Assembly: GCA_039586365.1 (NCBI GenBank)
Contig: JBDHKN010000026.1
Span: 24,725 to 88,724, forward strand
Reading direction: 5' to 3'
DNA from: Gemmatimonadota bacterium
Lineage (GTDB): Bacteria; Gemmatimonadota; Gemmatimonadetes; Gemmatimonadales; GWC2-71-9
DNA: 64,000 nucleotides
Under the pieces are notes generated by a model that worked only from the letters and a program-made list of their open reading frames with translations, had not been told where the DNA came from and searched no databases. Shown in pieces: positions 50,094-60,146 of this stretch (position 1 is the first letter of the stretch; every line of letters begins with the position of its first letter). A program made the position numbers and the translations under genes.

Positions 50094-51046
50094 TCAAGTT
50101 CTCCTGTAATTGTCGTACCTGTCTCACCGTGGATCGCTGCCATTCCCTGCGCCAGCTCCGCGATTACCGCGCGCTCACCACCTCCGCGCAAGAAGTCCAC
50201 GGCCGCCTCGACCTTGGGCCGCATGCTACCGCACCCCAGCTCGTCACCCTCCAGTAGCTGTTCGGCTTCCCGGATCCCGAGCCGCGCGAGCAGCTCGCGC
50301 TTGGGGGTACCCCAGCCGCGGTATACGCCCGCCACATCGGTCAGGATCAACAGCGTGTGCGCGCCCACCTTGCGGGCCACAATGCCGGCGACCCTGTCCT
50401 TGTCCACCACAGCATCTACTCCCTCCCAGCGACCCATGGCGTCCCGATACACGGGAGGGCCGCCACCGCCGCCCGCGATCACGATCTTGCCCTCGTTGAC
50501 GAGCTGGTGGACCGCATCGGTCTCAACCACGTCGAACGGCTCCGGACTGGGGCTCAGCCGCCGCAGGTTCCCCGAGCCGTCGCGGCCCACGGCAACACCA
50601 CGCTCGCTGAGCTTGTCGGCTTCCGCCTGACTGAGTACGTGTCCGATGGGTTTGGTGGGATTCTGCAACCGAACATCCCGCTGATCCACCACCGTTTGCG
50701 TGACGACGGTGAGGACCTCGCGGGGAATCCCGGCAAGTGTGAGGGCGTTCTGCAGCGACTGCTGGATCATGTAGCCGATCCACCCGGCGGTAGAGGCCAC
50801 CAGCACACCGAGTGGCAGCGGTTCCACGGCACTCAAAGCCATTTCGTTGCGCACGAGTGCATCACCAACCTGCGGGCCGTTGCCGTGGATTACTGCTATG
50901 CGCCATCCCTGTCGCGCCAGGTCGACTACCACGGCAAGCGACTCGCGCGTGTGGCGAAACTGATCGTAAATCGTTGCTCGCTCACCCGCCGGGGCAAGTG
51001 CATTGCCACCGACTGCGACAACGATGGTATTTGCTGTTGCGGTCAC
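50090..51046 (-). CDS. arcC: Carbamate kinase
   Basis: VAVGGNAL, HGNGPQVG, PTKPIG, GGGGPPV, AVVDKD, GSMRPKV. Confidence 0.95.
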   Translation of the reverse strand: MTATANTIVVAVGGNALAPAGERATIYDQFRHTRESLAVVVDLARQGWRIAVIHGNGPQVGDALVRNEMALSAVEPLPLGVLVASTAGWIGYMIQQSLQNALTLAGIPREVLTVVTQTVVDQRDVRLQNPTKPIGHVLSQAEADKLSERGVAVGRDGSGNLRRLSPSPEPFDVVETDAVHQLVNEGKIVIAGGGGGPPVYRDAMGRWEGVDAVVDKDRVAGIVARKVGAHTLLILTDVAGVYRGWGTPKRELLARLGIREAEQLLEGDELGCGSMRPKVEAAVDFLRGGGERAVIAELAQGMAAIHGETGTTITGELE

Positions 51047-51056
51047 GAGTGGCTGC

Positions 51057-51085
51057 AAGCTAGTGAGTACAATTACCAGCAGCAA
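51057..51085 (-). promoter_or_regulatory. Putative sigma70 promoter of arcC-sucCD
   Basis: TTGCTG-17-TAGCTT, 10 nt before the arcC GTG. Confidence 0.5.
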
Positions 51086-51114
51086 GGCGCGCTGCTGCCA
51101 CCTCCGCACCCCTC

Positions 51115-52497
51115 TCAATCGCCCTGCGGCGCTATTCCCTGCCCTGTGAGCCAGCTCTCGATTTCGCCCCGGTACTGCGCCAGCGTCTGCTCCGTCGCAG
51201 CCTCGAATCGCATCACCAGGACCGGCTGGGTGTTGGAGGCCCGAATCAGCCCCCAACCGTTGGGAAACGAGATTCGCACGCCGTCCAGAGTGAGCACCTC
51301 GTAGCGCGCCCCGAAGTACTGCGCGGCTTGCTCGACGATGGCGAACTTGCGGTCTTCCGGGCAGTCCACCCGGATCTCGGGCGTGGCAAACGTCTGCGGC
51401 AGATCGGAGAGCAGCCGCGACAGCGGGCCACCCTTGCGGGACACGTAGGCCAGCAGCCGGGCGGCAGCGAACACGGCGTCGTCATAACCGTAGTAGTCAC
51501 CGCCGAAGAACATGTGCCCGCTCATCTCGCCGGCCAACGTGGCTTTGGTTTCCTTCATCTTCGCTTTGATGAGGGAGTGGCCGGTCTTCCAGATGACCGG
51601 AGTGAGCCCCGCCTCGCGCAACTTGTCAGCGAGTATGTTGGAACACTTCACGTCGAAGATCACCGAGCCACCGGGGCCCGCCCGCTCGACCAGGTCGCGT
51701 CCGAACAAGATGAGCAGCTGATCGCCGTACACGACCTTGCCGCTCTCGTCCACTGCGCCGATGCGGTCACCGTCACCATCGAATGCGATCCCCAGCTCTG
51801 CCTCGGTACGCCGCACCGTTTGCTGCAGATCTACCAGGTTCTTCAATACGGTGGGGTCGGGGTGATGGTTGGGAAACGTGCCGTCGGACTCACAGAACAG
51901 CGGCACGACGTCCGCCCCGATGCGGGTCAGAATGGACTCGGCGACCAGGCTGGCAACCCCGTTGCCGCAATCGACTGCGACCTTCACCGGCCGCGCGAGC
52001 GGCCCAATCACCTCGGCTATCTTGTCGCAGTAGCGCCGCAGCACCGAGTCGTCGGCTGTGATCGTGCCGTAGCCGGAGTCCAGCTGGTCGTGCTGTATCA
52101 GCGAGTGAAGGTGCTGGATTGCCTCGCCATGCAGAGTCTCGTCGGCCATGACCATCTTGAAGCCGTTGAACTCGGGCGGATTGTGCGATCCGGTTACCTG
52201 GACGCCGCCGTCGACGGCCAACTCGTGCAGTGCGAAATACAGCGCGGGAGTCGGCAGCATTCCCACGTCGACGGCCGTGCCACCCGCCGCCGCGATGCCG
52301 TCACGCATGGCGCGGGCGAGCAGCTCCCCCGAGGGACGGTTGTCGCGTCCGACGGCGACGCGCGGATCGCGGCCCACCGCCTGCCGTCCCACCGTTGCCA
52401 GAGCGCGGCCCACGGCGTGCGCCAGCGGCGCGGAGAGCTCTTCGCCGACCAAGCCCCGGATGTCATATTGCCGAAAGATGACTGCGGGTATGTCCAT
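51115..52497 (-). CDS. Phosphomannomutase/phosphoglucomutase (AlgC-like)
   Basis: FRQYDIRG, TGSHNP, FDGDGDR, GEMSGH, RASNT.P. Confidence 0.96.
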   Translation of the reverse strand: MDIPAVIFRQYDIRGLVGEELSAPLAHAVGRALATVGRQAVGRDPRVAVGRDNRPSGELLARAMRDGIAAAGGTAVDVGMLPTPALYFALHELAVDGGVQVTGSHNPPEFNGFKMVMADETLHGEAIQHLHSLIQHDQLDSGYGTITADDSVLRRYCDKIAEVIGPLARPVKVAVDCGNGVASLVAESILTRIGADVVPLFCESDGTFPNHHPDPTVLKNLVDLQQTVRRTEAELGIAFDGDGDRIGAVDESGKVVYGDQLLILFGRDLVERAGPGGSVIFDVKCSNILADKLREAGLTPVIWKTGHSLIKAKMKETKATLAGEMSGHMFFGGDYYGYDDAVFAAARLLAYVSRKGGPLSRLLSDLPQTFATPEIRVDCPEDRKFAIVEQAAQYFGARYEVLTLDGVRISFPNGWGLIRASNTQPVLVMRFEAATEQTLAQYRGEIESWLTGQGIAPQGD

Positions 52498-52545
52498 CGT
52501 TACGCCTTTGAGCAGAACGGTCGGGAGTACCGACCTGGGAGGCTG

Positions 52546-54054
52546 TCAGTCCGTGAAAACCCGGGTCGGCGTCGGCTGCAGGCCTTCGGTCCCGCCTCTG
52601 GCGGCGTCCATCACCCGATTGGGCCAGACACCGAACAGCAGCAACACGACGGCTGCCACGCCGACTACCCAGCGGGCCGATCCGATCAGGTCAAAGCCCT
52701 TGTGGGCAGCCTCGGAAGGCGCGGGCTTCATGTACATCGCCATGATCACCGGCAGGTAGTATCCCGCCGACACCACACTGGCCAACACCAAGACTACGGC
52801 CAGCAGCCCCTGCCCGGTTTGCACCGCGGCTGAGAGTATGAGCCACTTGCCGATGAACCCGGCCGTGCCCGGGAAGCCCAGCAGTGACAGCATGAACACC
52901 GCCATGGCAAAGGCAATCCAAGGCCGCCGCGCCGCCAGGCCCGAGAGGTCGTCGATTTTGACGTCCCGCTCGCCGCCGCGACCCGCCGCCGCGAGGACGG
53001 CGAAAGCCCCCAACGTCACGAGTGTGTAGGCCAGAATGTAGAACAGGAAAGCGGCGGCTCCCGCCAGACTACCAGTGGCAACGGCCACCAGTATGTAGCC
53101 TGCGTGACCGATCGAGCTGTAGGCCAGCATCCGTTTCAGATTCGTCTGTGCCAGGGCGACCAGATTCCCCACGATCATGGTGAGAATTGCCAGCCACCAG
53201 ATTATCTCCTGCCATACCACTTCACTCGGACCGAGCGCTTGGAACAGGACCCGCAACAGAGCGGCGAACCCAGCCGCCTTGACGGCGGCTGCCATGAATC
53301 CGGTAACCGGTGTGGGGGCGCCGTCGTACACATCGGGCGCCCACATGTGGAACGGAACCGCAGCAACCTTGAAGCCAAAACCGATCAGCAGCAGACCGAT
53401 GCCAATGACCAGCATGACGTTGGACTGCAATCCATACCTCAGAATCGACTCGTGGATCCCGACCAGGTTGGTGGTACCGGTGGCCCCGTAGATCAGCGCG
53501 ACGCCGTACAAGAAGAATCCGGCGGCGAACGCTCCCAGCAGGAAGTACTTCACGGCTGCTTCAGCGGCGAAGGCGCTGCGCCGGTCGATGCCGGCCAGCA
53601 CATAGACCGACAGCGACATCAGCTCTAACCCCAAGAAGATCACGATCAGATCCGAGCCACCACCCATGAACATCATGCCCACGGTCGCCAACAACACCAT
53701 CACGTAGTACTCGGGCACCAGGACCCGCTCGCGCTCCAGATAGTTCACCGACAACATCACTGCCAAAATCGCACCGAGCAGGAACACGAAAGCCGTACCG
53801 TAGCGGAACGCGTCGAGCACGATCATGTGGGGCTCTACCGTGTACGCTCCTCTGCCCCACAGCCACAGGAGCACCAGCATCGTGGAGAGGAGTCCGAGTA
53901 GCGCCAGCTGACCCGTCATGGCTTGGTCGGCGTCGTTGCGGTGCCGCCACCCTACCACCAGCAGAAGAACCAGGGCCCAACCGGTCAGCACCAACTCCGG
54001 CAGTAGTGCCAGGGTGAGCCCTCCGGCCGTGCTCAGGTCGATCGCCATACCCAT
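52546..54054 (-). CDS. nuoN: NADH-quinone oxidoreductase subunit N
   Basis: EAAVKYF, FK.AAVPFHMWAPDVY.GAP, KRMLAYSS. Confidence 0.96.
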   Translation of the reverse strand: MGMAIDLSTAGGLTLALLPELVLTGWALVLLLVVGWRHRNDADQAMTGQLALLGLLSTMLVLLWLWGRGAYTVEPHMIVLDAFRYGTAFVFLLGAILAVMLSVNYLERERVLVPEYYVMVLLATVGMMFMGGGSDLIVIFLGLELMSLSVYVLAGIDRRSAFAAEAAVKYFLLGAFAAGFFLYGVALIYGATGTTNLVGIHESILRYGLQSNVMLVIGIGLLLIGFGFKVAAVPFHMWAPDVYDGAPTPVTGFMAAAVKAAGFAALLRVLFQALGPSEVVWQEIIWWLAILTMIVGNLVALAQTNLKRMLAYSSIGHAGYILVAVATGSLAGAAAFLFYILAYTLVTLGAFAVLAAAGRGGERDVKIDDLSGLAARRPWIAFAMAVFMLSLLGFPGTAGFIGKWLILSAAVQTGQGLLAVVLVLASVVSAGYYLPVIMAMYMKPAPSEAAHKGFDLIGSARWVVGVAAVVLLLFGVWPNRVMDAARGGTEGLQPTPTRVFTD

Positions 54055-55610
54055 TATGGAACCTGCTCCTCGGAACCGGTGACTTGAGCTACAGTCACCT
54101 GCTGTTCCTGCACAGTTGTCACCAGAGCCTCGGCGGAAGCCTCGATCCGATCGAGGAACGGCTTCGGATAGAGGCCAATCCACATTACGCACGCCAACAG
54201 CGGGCCGAGTACGAGCAGCTCCCGTTTGGAGAGGTCGGGGAGGTTCTCGTTCTCGGGGTTGTCGAGCTTGTTATAGATGATCCGCTGCAGGGCCCACAAC
54301 AGGTACGCCGCCGCGAAAATCACGCCGGTGGTCGCGATGGCGGTTGGCACCGGATAGCGGCCGAATGAGCCGACCAGCACCAGGAATTCGCCCACGAAAC
54401 CGTTGGTGCCGGGCAACCCGATCGAGGAGAGGGAAATGACGGTCAACACTACCGCGAATGCCGGCACGACGCGAGCCAGACCACCGAACGCGGCGATCTC
54501 CCGCGTGTGGCGCCGCTCACCCAGCATGCCGGCGAGAAAGAACAGCGCCCCGGTCGAGATGCCGTGATTGATCATGATGAGCACCGCGCCCTGGATGCTC
54601 TGCAGCGTGAGGGCCCAGATCCCCAGCATGACGAACCCGAGATGGCTCACCGACGAGTACGCCACCAGCTTCTTGAAGTCGGGCTGCACCATGGCCACCA
54701 GCGCCCCGTAGATTATCCCGACTATCGCGAGACCGACCACGATGTTCACCACGGTCGGGTGCAGTGCCACGCCCGGGAAGAACGGCAGGGCAAACCGCAG
54801 GAACCCATAGGTTCCCATCTTGAGCAGGATGCCGGCCAGAATCACGGAACCGGCGGTGGGCGCTTCGACGTGGGCATCCGGCAACCAGGTATGGAACGGG
54901 AACATCGGGACTTTGATCGCGAACGCCAGGGCGAAGGCACCGAACAGCCACAGCGCCCACTCCGCGACCAAGCCGATGTTCGCCAATAGATGATCGTAGG
55001 CGAACGAATAAGTACCGGTGCCACTTCCCACCATGTAGTACATCGTCAGGATCGCGACCAGCATCAACAGCGATCCCACGAAGGTGTACACGAAGAACTT
55101 GATGGCGGCGTAGAGCCGACGCGGCCCGCCCCACACCCCGATGATGAAGTACATCGGGATCAGCATGATCTCCCAGAACACGTAGAACATGAACAGGTCG
55201 AGGGAGATGAAAACGCCGAGCATGCCCGTCGTCAGTACCAGCAGCAGCACGTAGTAGGCACGCAGTTTCTGAGTGATGTAGTTCCAGCTGCCCAGCACCG
55301 CCAACGGCATGGTGAACGTGGTGAGCAGCACCATGAACAGCGAGATGCCGTCCAGTCCCACGCGGTAGTAGATGCCCCAGTCGGGAATCCAGGGATACTC
55401 GTGCTGGAACTGCATCTGGGCAGTCCCGATCTGGAATACCCACCAGAGCGGCACCGACAGCAGGAACTCCACCAGCGCCACACCGAGCGCCACCTTCTTG
55501 GCTTGGTCTTCCGGGCGCGACAGTACCAGCAAGCCACCCACCAGGGGGACGATCAGCAAGGCGTCCAGCACCCAGTCGCTGTAGCCCACGTTGGTCAGGA
55601 TCTCGTTCAT
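54054..55610 (-). CDS. nuoM: NADH-quinone oxidoreductase subunit M
   Basis: DGIS, FWE..LIP, HTWLPDAHVEAP, LKMG.YG. Confidence 0.97.
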   Translation of the reverse strand: MNEILTNVGYSDWVLDALLIVPLVGGLLVLSRPEDQAKKVALGVALVEFLLSVPLWWVFQIGTAQMQFQHEYPWIPDWGIYYRVGLDGISLFMVLLTTFTMPLAVLGSWNYITQKLRAYYVLLLVLTTGMLGVFISLDLFMFYVFWEIMLIPMYFIIGVWGGPRRLYAAIKFFVYTFVGSLLMLVAILTMYYMVGSGTGTYSFAYDHLLANIGLVAEWALWLFGAFALAFAIKVPMFPFHTWLPDAHVEAPTAGSVILAGILLKMGTYGFLRFALPFFPGVALHPTVVNIVVGLAIVGIIYGALVAMVQPDFKKLVAYSSVSHLGFVMLGIWALTLQSIQGAVLIMINHGISTGALFFLAGMLGERRHTREIAAFGGLARVVPAFAVVLTVISLSSIGLPGTNGFVGEFLVLVGSFGRYPVPTAIATTGVIFAAAYLLWALQRIIYNKLDNPENENLPDLSKRELLVLGPLLACVMWIGLYPKPFLDRIEASAEALVTTVQEQQVTVAQVTGSEEQVP

Positions 55611-55614
55611 TCGG

Positions 55615-57594
55615 CTACCCCATCACGGCGCGGAGTAGCGCCAACGTTCCGATCACGAACACGAACAGGTACCAGGCCAACCGGCCGGACTGAACGGCAC
55701 TGCCGACGTAGCCGACCATCTTGGCCGTCCAGGCGGATCCGTTGACGAAAGCCCCGTCGATCACGCCGGCATCGAAGAAGCGCCACAGGAAACTGCGCGA
55801 CAGCCACACGATCGGCCGCACGATGACGGCGTCGTAGATCTCGTCCACGTACCACTTGTGCAGCAACACCCGCTGAATACCGGTCTCGGCGATTGCCTCG
55901 CGCGCCGGCACCAGCTTGGTCAGGTCGAGAGCGCGCGCGGCGGCCACTATTCCCACCAGCGCTATCGCCGTGGCCAGTCCCAGCAGCACCCACTCGGTGT
56001 TGGCCGACAGGTGCCCTTCCGCGAAGTAGCGGTGGCTGAGTTCGGTGACCGGCTCGAGCTGGTGCTCCAGCCAGCCGGCCCCGGGCAGCACGGGCGGCAG
56101 GTTGAGCACACCCGCGCAGATGCTGCCCAGCCCCAGTACCACCAGCGGGCCGGTCATCACCCAGGGTGCTTCCTTCAGGTGCGGCCGTTCGGCCTCACCG
56201 GTCCGGTTGGGACCGTGGAAGGTGTAGATCATCATGCGCGTCATGTAGAACGCGGTGAGCAGCGCCGCCACCGCACCCACCGTCCACAGCACGTAGAACA
56301 CGGGATGCTCATGGCCCCGCAAGAATACCGCGGCGAGTATGCCGTCCTTGGAAAAGAATCCCGAGAAGCCGGGGATACCCGCGATAGCCAGCGTCGCGAC
56401 CCACATCAGGCCGGCCGTCCACGGCATGTGGTGCCTGAGCCCTCCCATGTTGCGCATGTCCTGCGCGTCCTCGTGGGAGTGCGTGTGGTGATACGCCTTG
56501 TGCAGAGCGTAGATCACGCTGCCCGAGCCGAGGAACAGCAGGGCCTTGAAGAACGCGTGTGTCGTGAGATGGAAGATGCCGCCGGCATAGGCTCCCACCC
56601 CCACACCCAGGAACATGTATCCCAGCTGCGACACGGTTGAGTAGGCCAACACCTTCTTGATGTCCCACTGCTTGAGCGCGATGGTGGCCGCGAACAGCGC
56701 CGTGGCCGCTCCCACGCTGGCGACCACGATGCTCGAGATCGGCGCCATCGCAAACAGCACGTTGGTGCGGGCGACCAGGTAGACGCCGGCGGTGACCATG
56801 GTGGCGGCGTGGATCAGTGCCGAGACGGGCGTGGGGCCCGCCATGGCGTCGGGCAGCCAGGTATACAGCGGAATCTGGGCCGACTTGCCGGTACAGCCGA
56901 GGAACAGGAACAGCGTGATCACGGTGATCGTGGTGCCGCCGATGGTGAAGCTGGCCGGCGCGGTCTCGAACACCTCCAGGAACGACAGGCTGCCCACGTG
57001 GTGGAAGATCATGAACATCGCGATCAGGAACCCGAAGTCCCCGATCCGGTTCATGATGAACGCCTTCTTGCCGGCGTCGGCCTTGAGCCTGTCCTCGAAC
57101 CAGAACCCGATCAGCAGATAGCTGCACAGCCCCACCCCCTCCCATCCCACGAACATGACCGGGAAACTGGCACCCAGCACCAACACCAGCATGAAGAAGA
57201 CGAACAGGTTCAAATAGGAGAAGTACCGGGCGTAACCGGGGTCGTCCTGCATGTATCCCACGCTGAACAAGTGGATCAGCATGCTCACGCCGGTGACTAC
57301 CAGGAACATCACCGCTGAGAGCTGGTCGATCTGGAAGGCCACGTCGATCTCCAGCTCGCCCACCGGCATCCAGGACCAGAAGCTGACTACGAACGGTGCT
57401 CCGTGGGGGTCACCCGCCAGCCCAGCCACTACGGCGAGCGCCACCGCGAAGCTGGCGACCAGCACCCCGACGCCAATGACGCTCACGGCCTGCTTGGCCT
57501 GCGGGCGGACGAAACTCATCAGTCCGTTGGCCAGGAACCCGGCGAACGGGAGTACGACCGCCAACCACACCCACCCTACCGAAGTCGGCATCAT
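55615..57594 (-). CDS. nuoL: NADH-quinone oxidoreductase subunit L
   Basis: [38 protein letters not shown]. Confidence 0.97.
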   Translation of the reverse strand: MMPTSVGWVWLAVVLPFAGFLANGLMSFVRPQAKQAVSVIGVGVLVASFAVALAVVAGLAGDPHGAPFVVSFWSWMPVGELEIDVAFQIDQLSAVMFLVVTGVSMLIHLFSVGYMQDDPGYARYFSYLNLFVFFMLVLVLGASFPVMFVGWEGVGLCSYLLIGFWFEDRLKADAGKKAFIMNRIGDFGFLIAMFMIFHHVGSLSFLEVFETAPASFTIGGTTITVITLFLFLGCTGKSAQIPLYTWLPDAMAGPTPVSALIHAATMVTAGVYLVARTNVLFAMAPISSIVVASVGAATALFAATIALKQWDIKKVLAYSTVSQLGYMFLGVGVGAYAGGIFHLTTHAFFKALLFLGSGSVIYALHKAYHHTHSHEDAQDMRNMGGLRHHMPWTAGLMWVATLAIAGIPGFSGFFSKDGILAAVFLRGHEHPVFYVLWTVGAVAALLTAFYMTRMMIYTFHGPNRTGEAERPHLKEAPWVMTGPLVVLGLGSICAGVLNLPPVLPGAGWLEHQLEPVTELSHRYFAEGHLSANTEWVLLGLATAIALVGIVAAARALDLTKLVPAREAIAETGIQRVLLHKWYVDEIYDAVIVRPIVWLSRSFLWRFFDAGVIDGAFVNGSAWTAKMVGYVGSAVQSGRLAWYLFVFVIGTLALLRAVMG

Positions 57595-57911
57595 CCGCTC
57601 AATAAGTTGACCTTGTCGAGGTTGACCGTCTGCTTGTGACGGTAGATCGCAATGATGATGGCCAGTCCCACGGCCGCCTCGGCGGCCGCCACGGCCATCA
57701 CAAAGAACACCACAACCTGACCATCGTAGCCGAGCTGCTGTGCCAGCGCGACGAAGGTCAGGTTCACCGCATTGAGCATTAGTTCAATGCACATGAACAG
57801 CACGATGGCGTTGCGGCGGAGCAGCACACCCGCCACGCCGAGGCTGAACAGGATCGCCGACACGGCGAGCGCCGGCGCGAGCAGCTCCCCAGCCTGCTGT
57901 ACCGACTGCAT
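57591..57911 (-). CDS. nuoK: NADH-quinone oxidoreductase subunit K
   Basis: [21 protein letters not shown]. Confidence 0.96.
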   Translation of the reverse strand: MQSVQQAGELLAPALAVSAILFSLGVAGVLLRRNAIVLFMCIELMLNAVNLTFVALAQQLGYDGQVVVFFVMAVAAAEAAVGLAIIIAIYRHKQTVNLDKVNLLSG

Positions 57912-58426
57912 TACAGCCTCCTCTTGGCCAGCACCACCGCTCCCACTACGGCTGCCAGCAGCAGTACCGACGTTATCTCGAACGGGACCAGGTAGTCGCG
58001 AAACAGCGGCTCGGCGATGACCATGATGGCCCCTTGATCTTCCGCCATGCGACCCACCGTGCGAGCCGGCAGCTGCAAGCCGCCCGCTGGCACGATCCGC
58101 GTGACCGCCCACAGCTCCGCCACCAGCACGGCACCCACGGCAACCACCACGACGTGCCCCAACCAGCCCGGCAGATCGCTGCTACCTCGTACGCCCAGGT
58201 TCAGCAACATGATCACGAACAGGAACAGCACCATTATGGCGCCGGCGTACAACAGCACCTGGATGGCCGCGACGAAGTGGGCGTCCAGCAGCACGAATAA
58301 CCCGGCCAGAGAGAACAGCGTGAGCACCAGCCACAGGGCACTGCCGATGGGACTCTTCCGCGTTATGCACAGGAACGCGGCGACTATCGCGGTGCCTGAG
58401 AACAACCAAAAGCTGAATAACTGCAT
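57911..58426 (-). CDS. nuoJ: NADH-quinone oxidoreductase subunit J
   Basis: [23 protein letters not shown]. Confidence 0.95.
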   Translation of the reverse strand: MQLFSFWLFSGTAIVAAFLCITRKSPIGSALWLVLTLFSLAGLFVLLDAHFVAAIQVLLYAGAIMVLFLFVIMLLNLGVRGSSDLPGWLGHVVVVAVGAVLVAELWAVTRIVPAGGLQLPARTVGRMAEDQGAIMVIAEPLFRDYLVPFEITSVLLLAAVVGAVVLAKRRL

Positions 58427-58428
58427 CC

Positions 58429-58935
58429 CTACTCGCCCCTGGGATCGGAGGGATCCCACAGAGATGAGACCGGATGGGTCTGAGCGCACAGCCGCTCGAG
58501 ATCGTACACGAAGCGCTCGCGCTGATATTCGGAGTTCTCGTAGTGCACCCCGACGTGGATGGCCTCCTCGGGACACACTTCCTGACAGTAACCGCAGAAG
58601 ATGCAGCGGAATTCGTCGATCTCGTAGATCAGCGGATAGCGATTGCCCGCTTCGTCCTCGCCGGGCACCAGCTTGATGCAGTTGGCCGGGCAGATCTGGG
58701 GGCACAAGCCGCAGGCAACGCACTTGGCGCGACCCTGTTCGTCGGTGAGCATCCGGTGAGTGCCCCGCCAGCGCGGCGCAATCGACCACTCGGGTTCGGT
58801 GATCTCCTCCGGGTACTCCATCGTCACTTTCTTGCGGAACAGGTGCTGGAACGAGAGCGCCATCCCTTTCATGCTGGCCCGGAGATAGCTGACATCCCGT
58901 TCCGGTCGCCGCACCACCTTCACTTCGATGGCCAT
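58429..58935 (-). CDS. nuoI: NADH-quinone oxidoreductase subunit I
   Basis: CVACGLCPQICP and CIFCGYCQEVCP. Confidence 0.97.
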   Translation of the reverse strand: MAIEVKVVRRPERDVSYLRASMKGMALSFQHLFRKKVTMEYPEEITEPEWSIAPRWRGTHRMLTDEQGRAKCVACGLCPQICPANCIKLVPGEDEAGNRYPLIYEIDEFRCIFCGYCQEVCPEEAIHVGVHYENSEYQRERFVYDLERLCAQTHPVSSLWDPSDPRGE

Positions 58936-60146
58936 TAGCTAGTACTCCTCCGCTGGTGCTGTCCCAACACGAGACGGTCAGAGTCCAGACCCCAGAACAG
59001 CAGGTACACGAACGGCAGGTTGACCGCAAAGAGAATCAGCGAATACACCAGGCCCCGCTCGATCCCCACGGTCTCCAGGATCCAGATCGCGGTGGCCAGA
59101 ATCATCAGGTAACCGAGCGACAGTGGCAGCAGGACCTTCCAGCCCAGTCCCATCAGCTGATCGTAGCGGAACCGCGGCAACGACCAGCGAATCCAGATGT
59201 ATATGGCCACGAAACTGAAGGTCTTGGCAACGAACGCCCCGAACGTGGCCAGCGACTTGACGATGGTGGGTTCCGTCTCATCCCAACTGGTGAACGGAAT
59301 GTCCCAGCCGCCGAAGAACATCGTCGCCATCAGGGCCGACATGGTTATCAACGCCGCGTACTCGCCCAGGAAGAACATGGCGAACTTCATGGCGCTGTAC
59401 TCGGTGTGATAGCCGAACACCAGCTCCGACTCTGCTTCCGGCAGGTCGAACGGCAGCCTATTGGTCTCGGCCAAGGCCGCTATGAAGAACAGTACGAAAC
59501 CCAGGATCAGCGGCAGCACGTACCACGACTCCACCTGCTGACGCTGCACCACCTCGGGCAGGGTCACGTCGCCGGCGATCAAGAACACCGCCACCACGGA
59601 GAGCCCCAGCGCGACCTCGTAGCTCACCATCTGGGCCGAAGAGCGCAGTCCCCCGAGGAACGAGTACTTGCTGTTGGACGACCAGCCCGCCAGCACGATG
59701 CCGTACACGCTGATGCTGGTTATCGCCAGCACGAACAGCAGGCCGATAGGCAGGTTGGCCACCATCATCGGCATGGCCCCGTCGTACACGAATCGGCCCA
59801 GCAGCGGCAGTGTGAAGTCGAACGCCACCGGCAGCGGGGCAGCGAACGGCACCACCGCGAACAGCAGCATGGCGGGACAGAACACCAGGGCGGGCGCCAG
59901 CAGGAACAGGAACTTGTCGCCCTGGTCCGGCACCACCTCTTCCTTGATGAAATTCTTGAGCCCATCCGCTATCGGTTGGAACAACCCGAACGGCCCCACC
60001 CGGTTGGGACCCAGCCGGTCCTGATGGAAGGCGGCCTGGCGCCGTTCCAGCCAGGTCACGAACGCCACAGCGAGCAGCAGCCCCACGAACCCGATCACCA
60101 CTTTGATCGCGGCGAGCAGCAGGAAACCCTTGAGTTCGGGCGTCAT
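58935..60146 (-). CDS. nuoH: NADH-quinone oxidoreductase subunit H
   Basis: GPNRVG, ADGLK, AETNRLPFDLPEAE, PRFRYDQLM. Confidence 0.97.
   Translation of the reverse strand: MTPELKGFLLLAAIKVVIGFVGLLLAVAFVTWLERRQAAFHQDRLGPNRVGPFGLFQPIADGLKNFIKEEVVPDQGDKFLFLLAPALVFCPAMLLFAVVPFAAPLPVAFDFTLPLLGRFVYDGAMPMMVANLPIGLLFVLAITSISVYGIVLAGWSSNSKYSFLGGLRSSAQMVSYEVALGLSVVAVFLIAGDVTLPEVVQRQQVESWYVLPLILGFVLFFIAALAETNRLPFDLPEAESELVFGYHTEYSAMKFAMFFLGEYAALITMSALMATMFFGGWDIPFTSWDETEPTIVKSLATFGAFVAKTFSFVAIYIWIRWSLPRFRYDQLMGLGWKVLLPLSLGYLMILATAIWILETVGIERGLVYSLILFAVNLPFVYLLFWGLDSDRLVLGQHQRRSTS

Noticed and set aside
51046..51109. Signal-peptide-like in-frame extension on carbamate kinase (VRRWQQRALLLVIVLTSLQPL)
   Set aside because: The same bases form a TTGCTG-17-TAGCTT promoter-like element and a hairpin; an exported carbamate kinase is implausible
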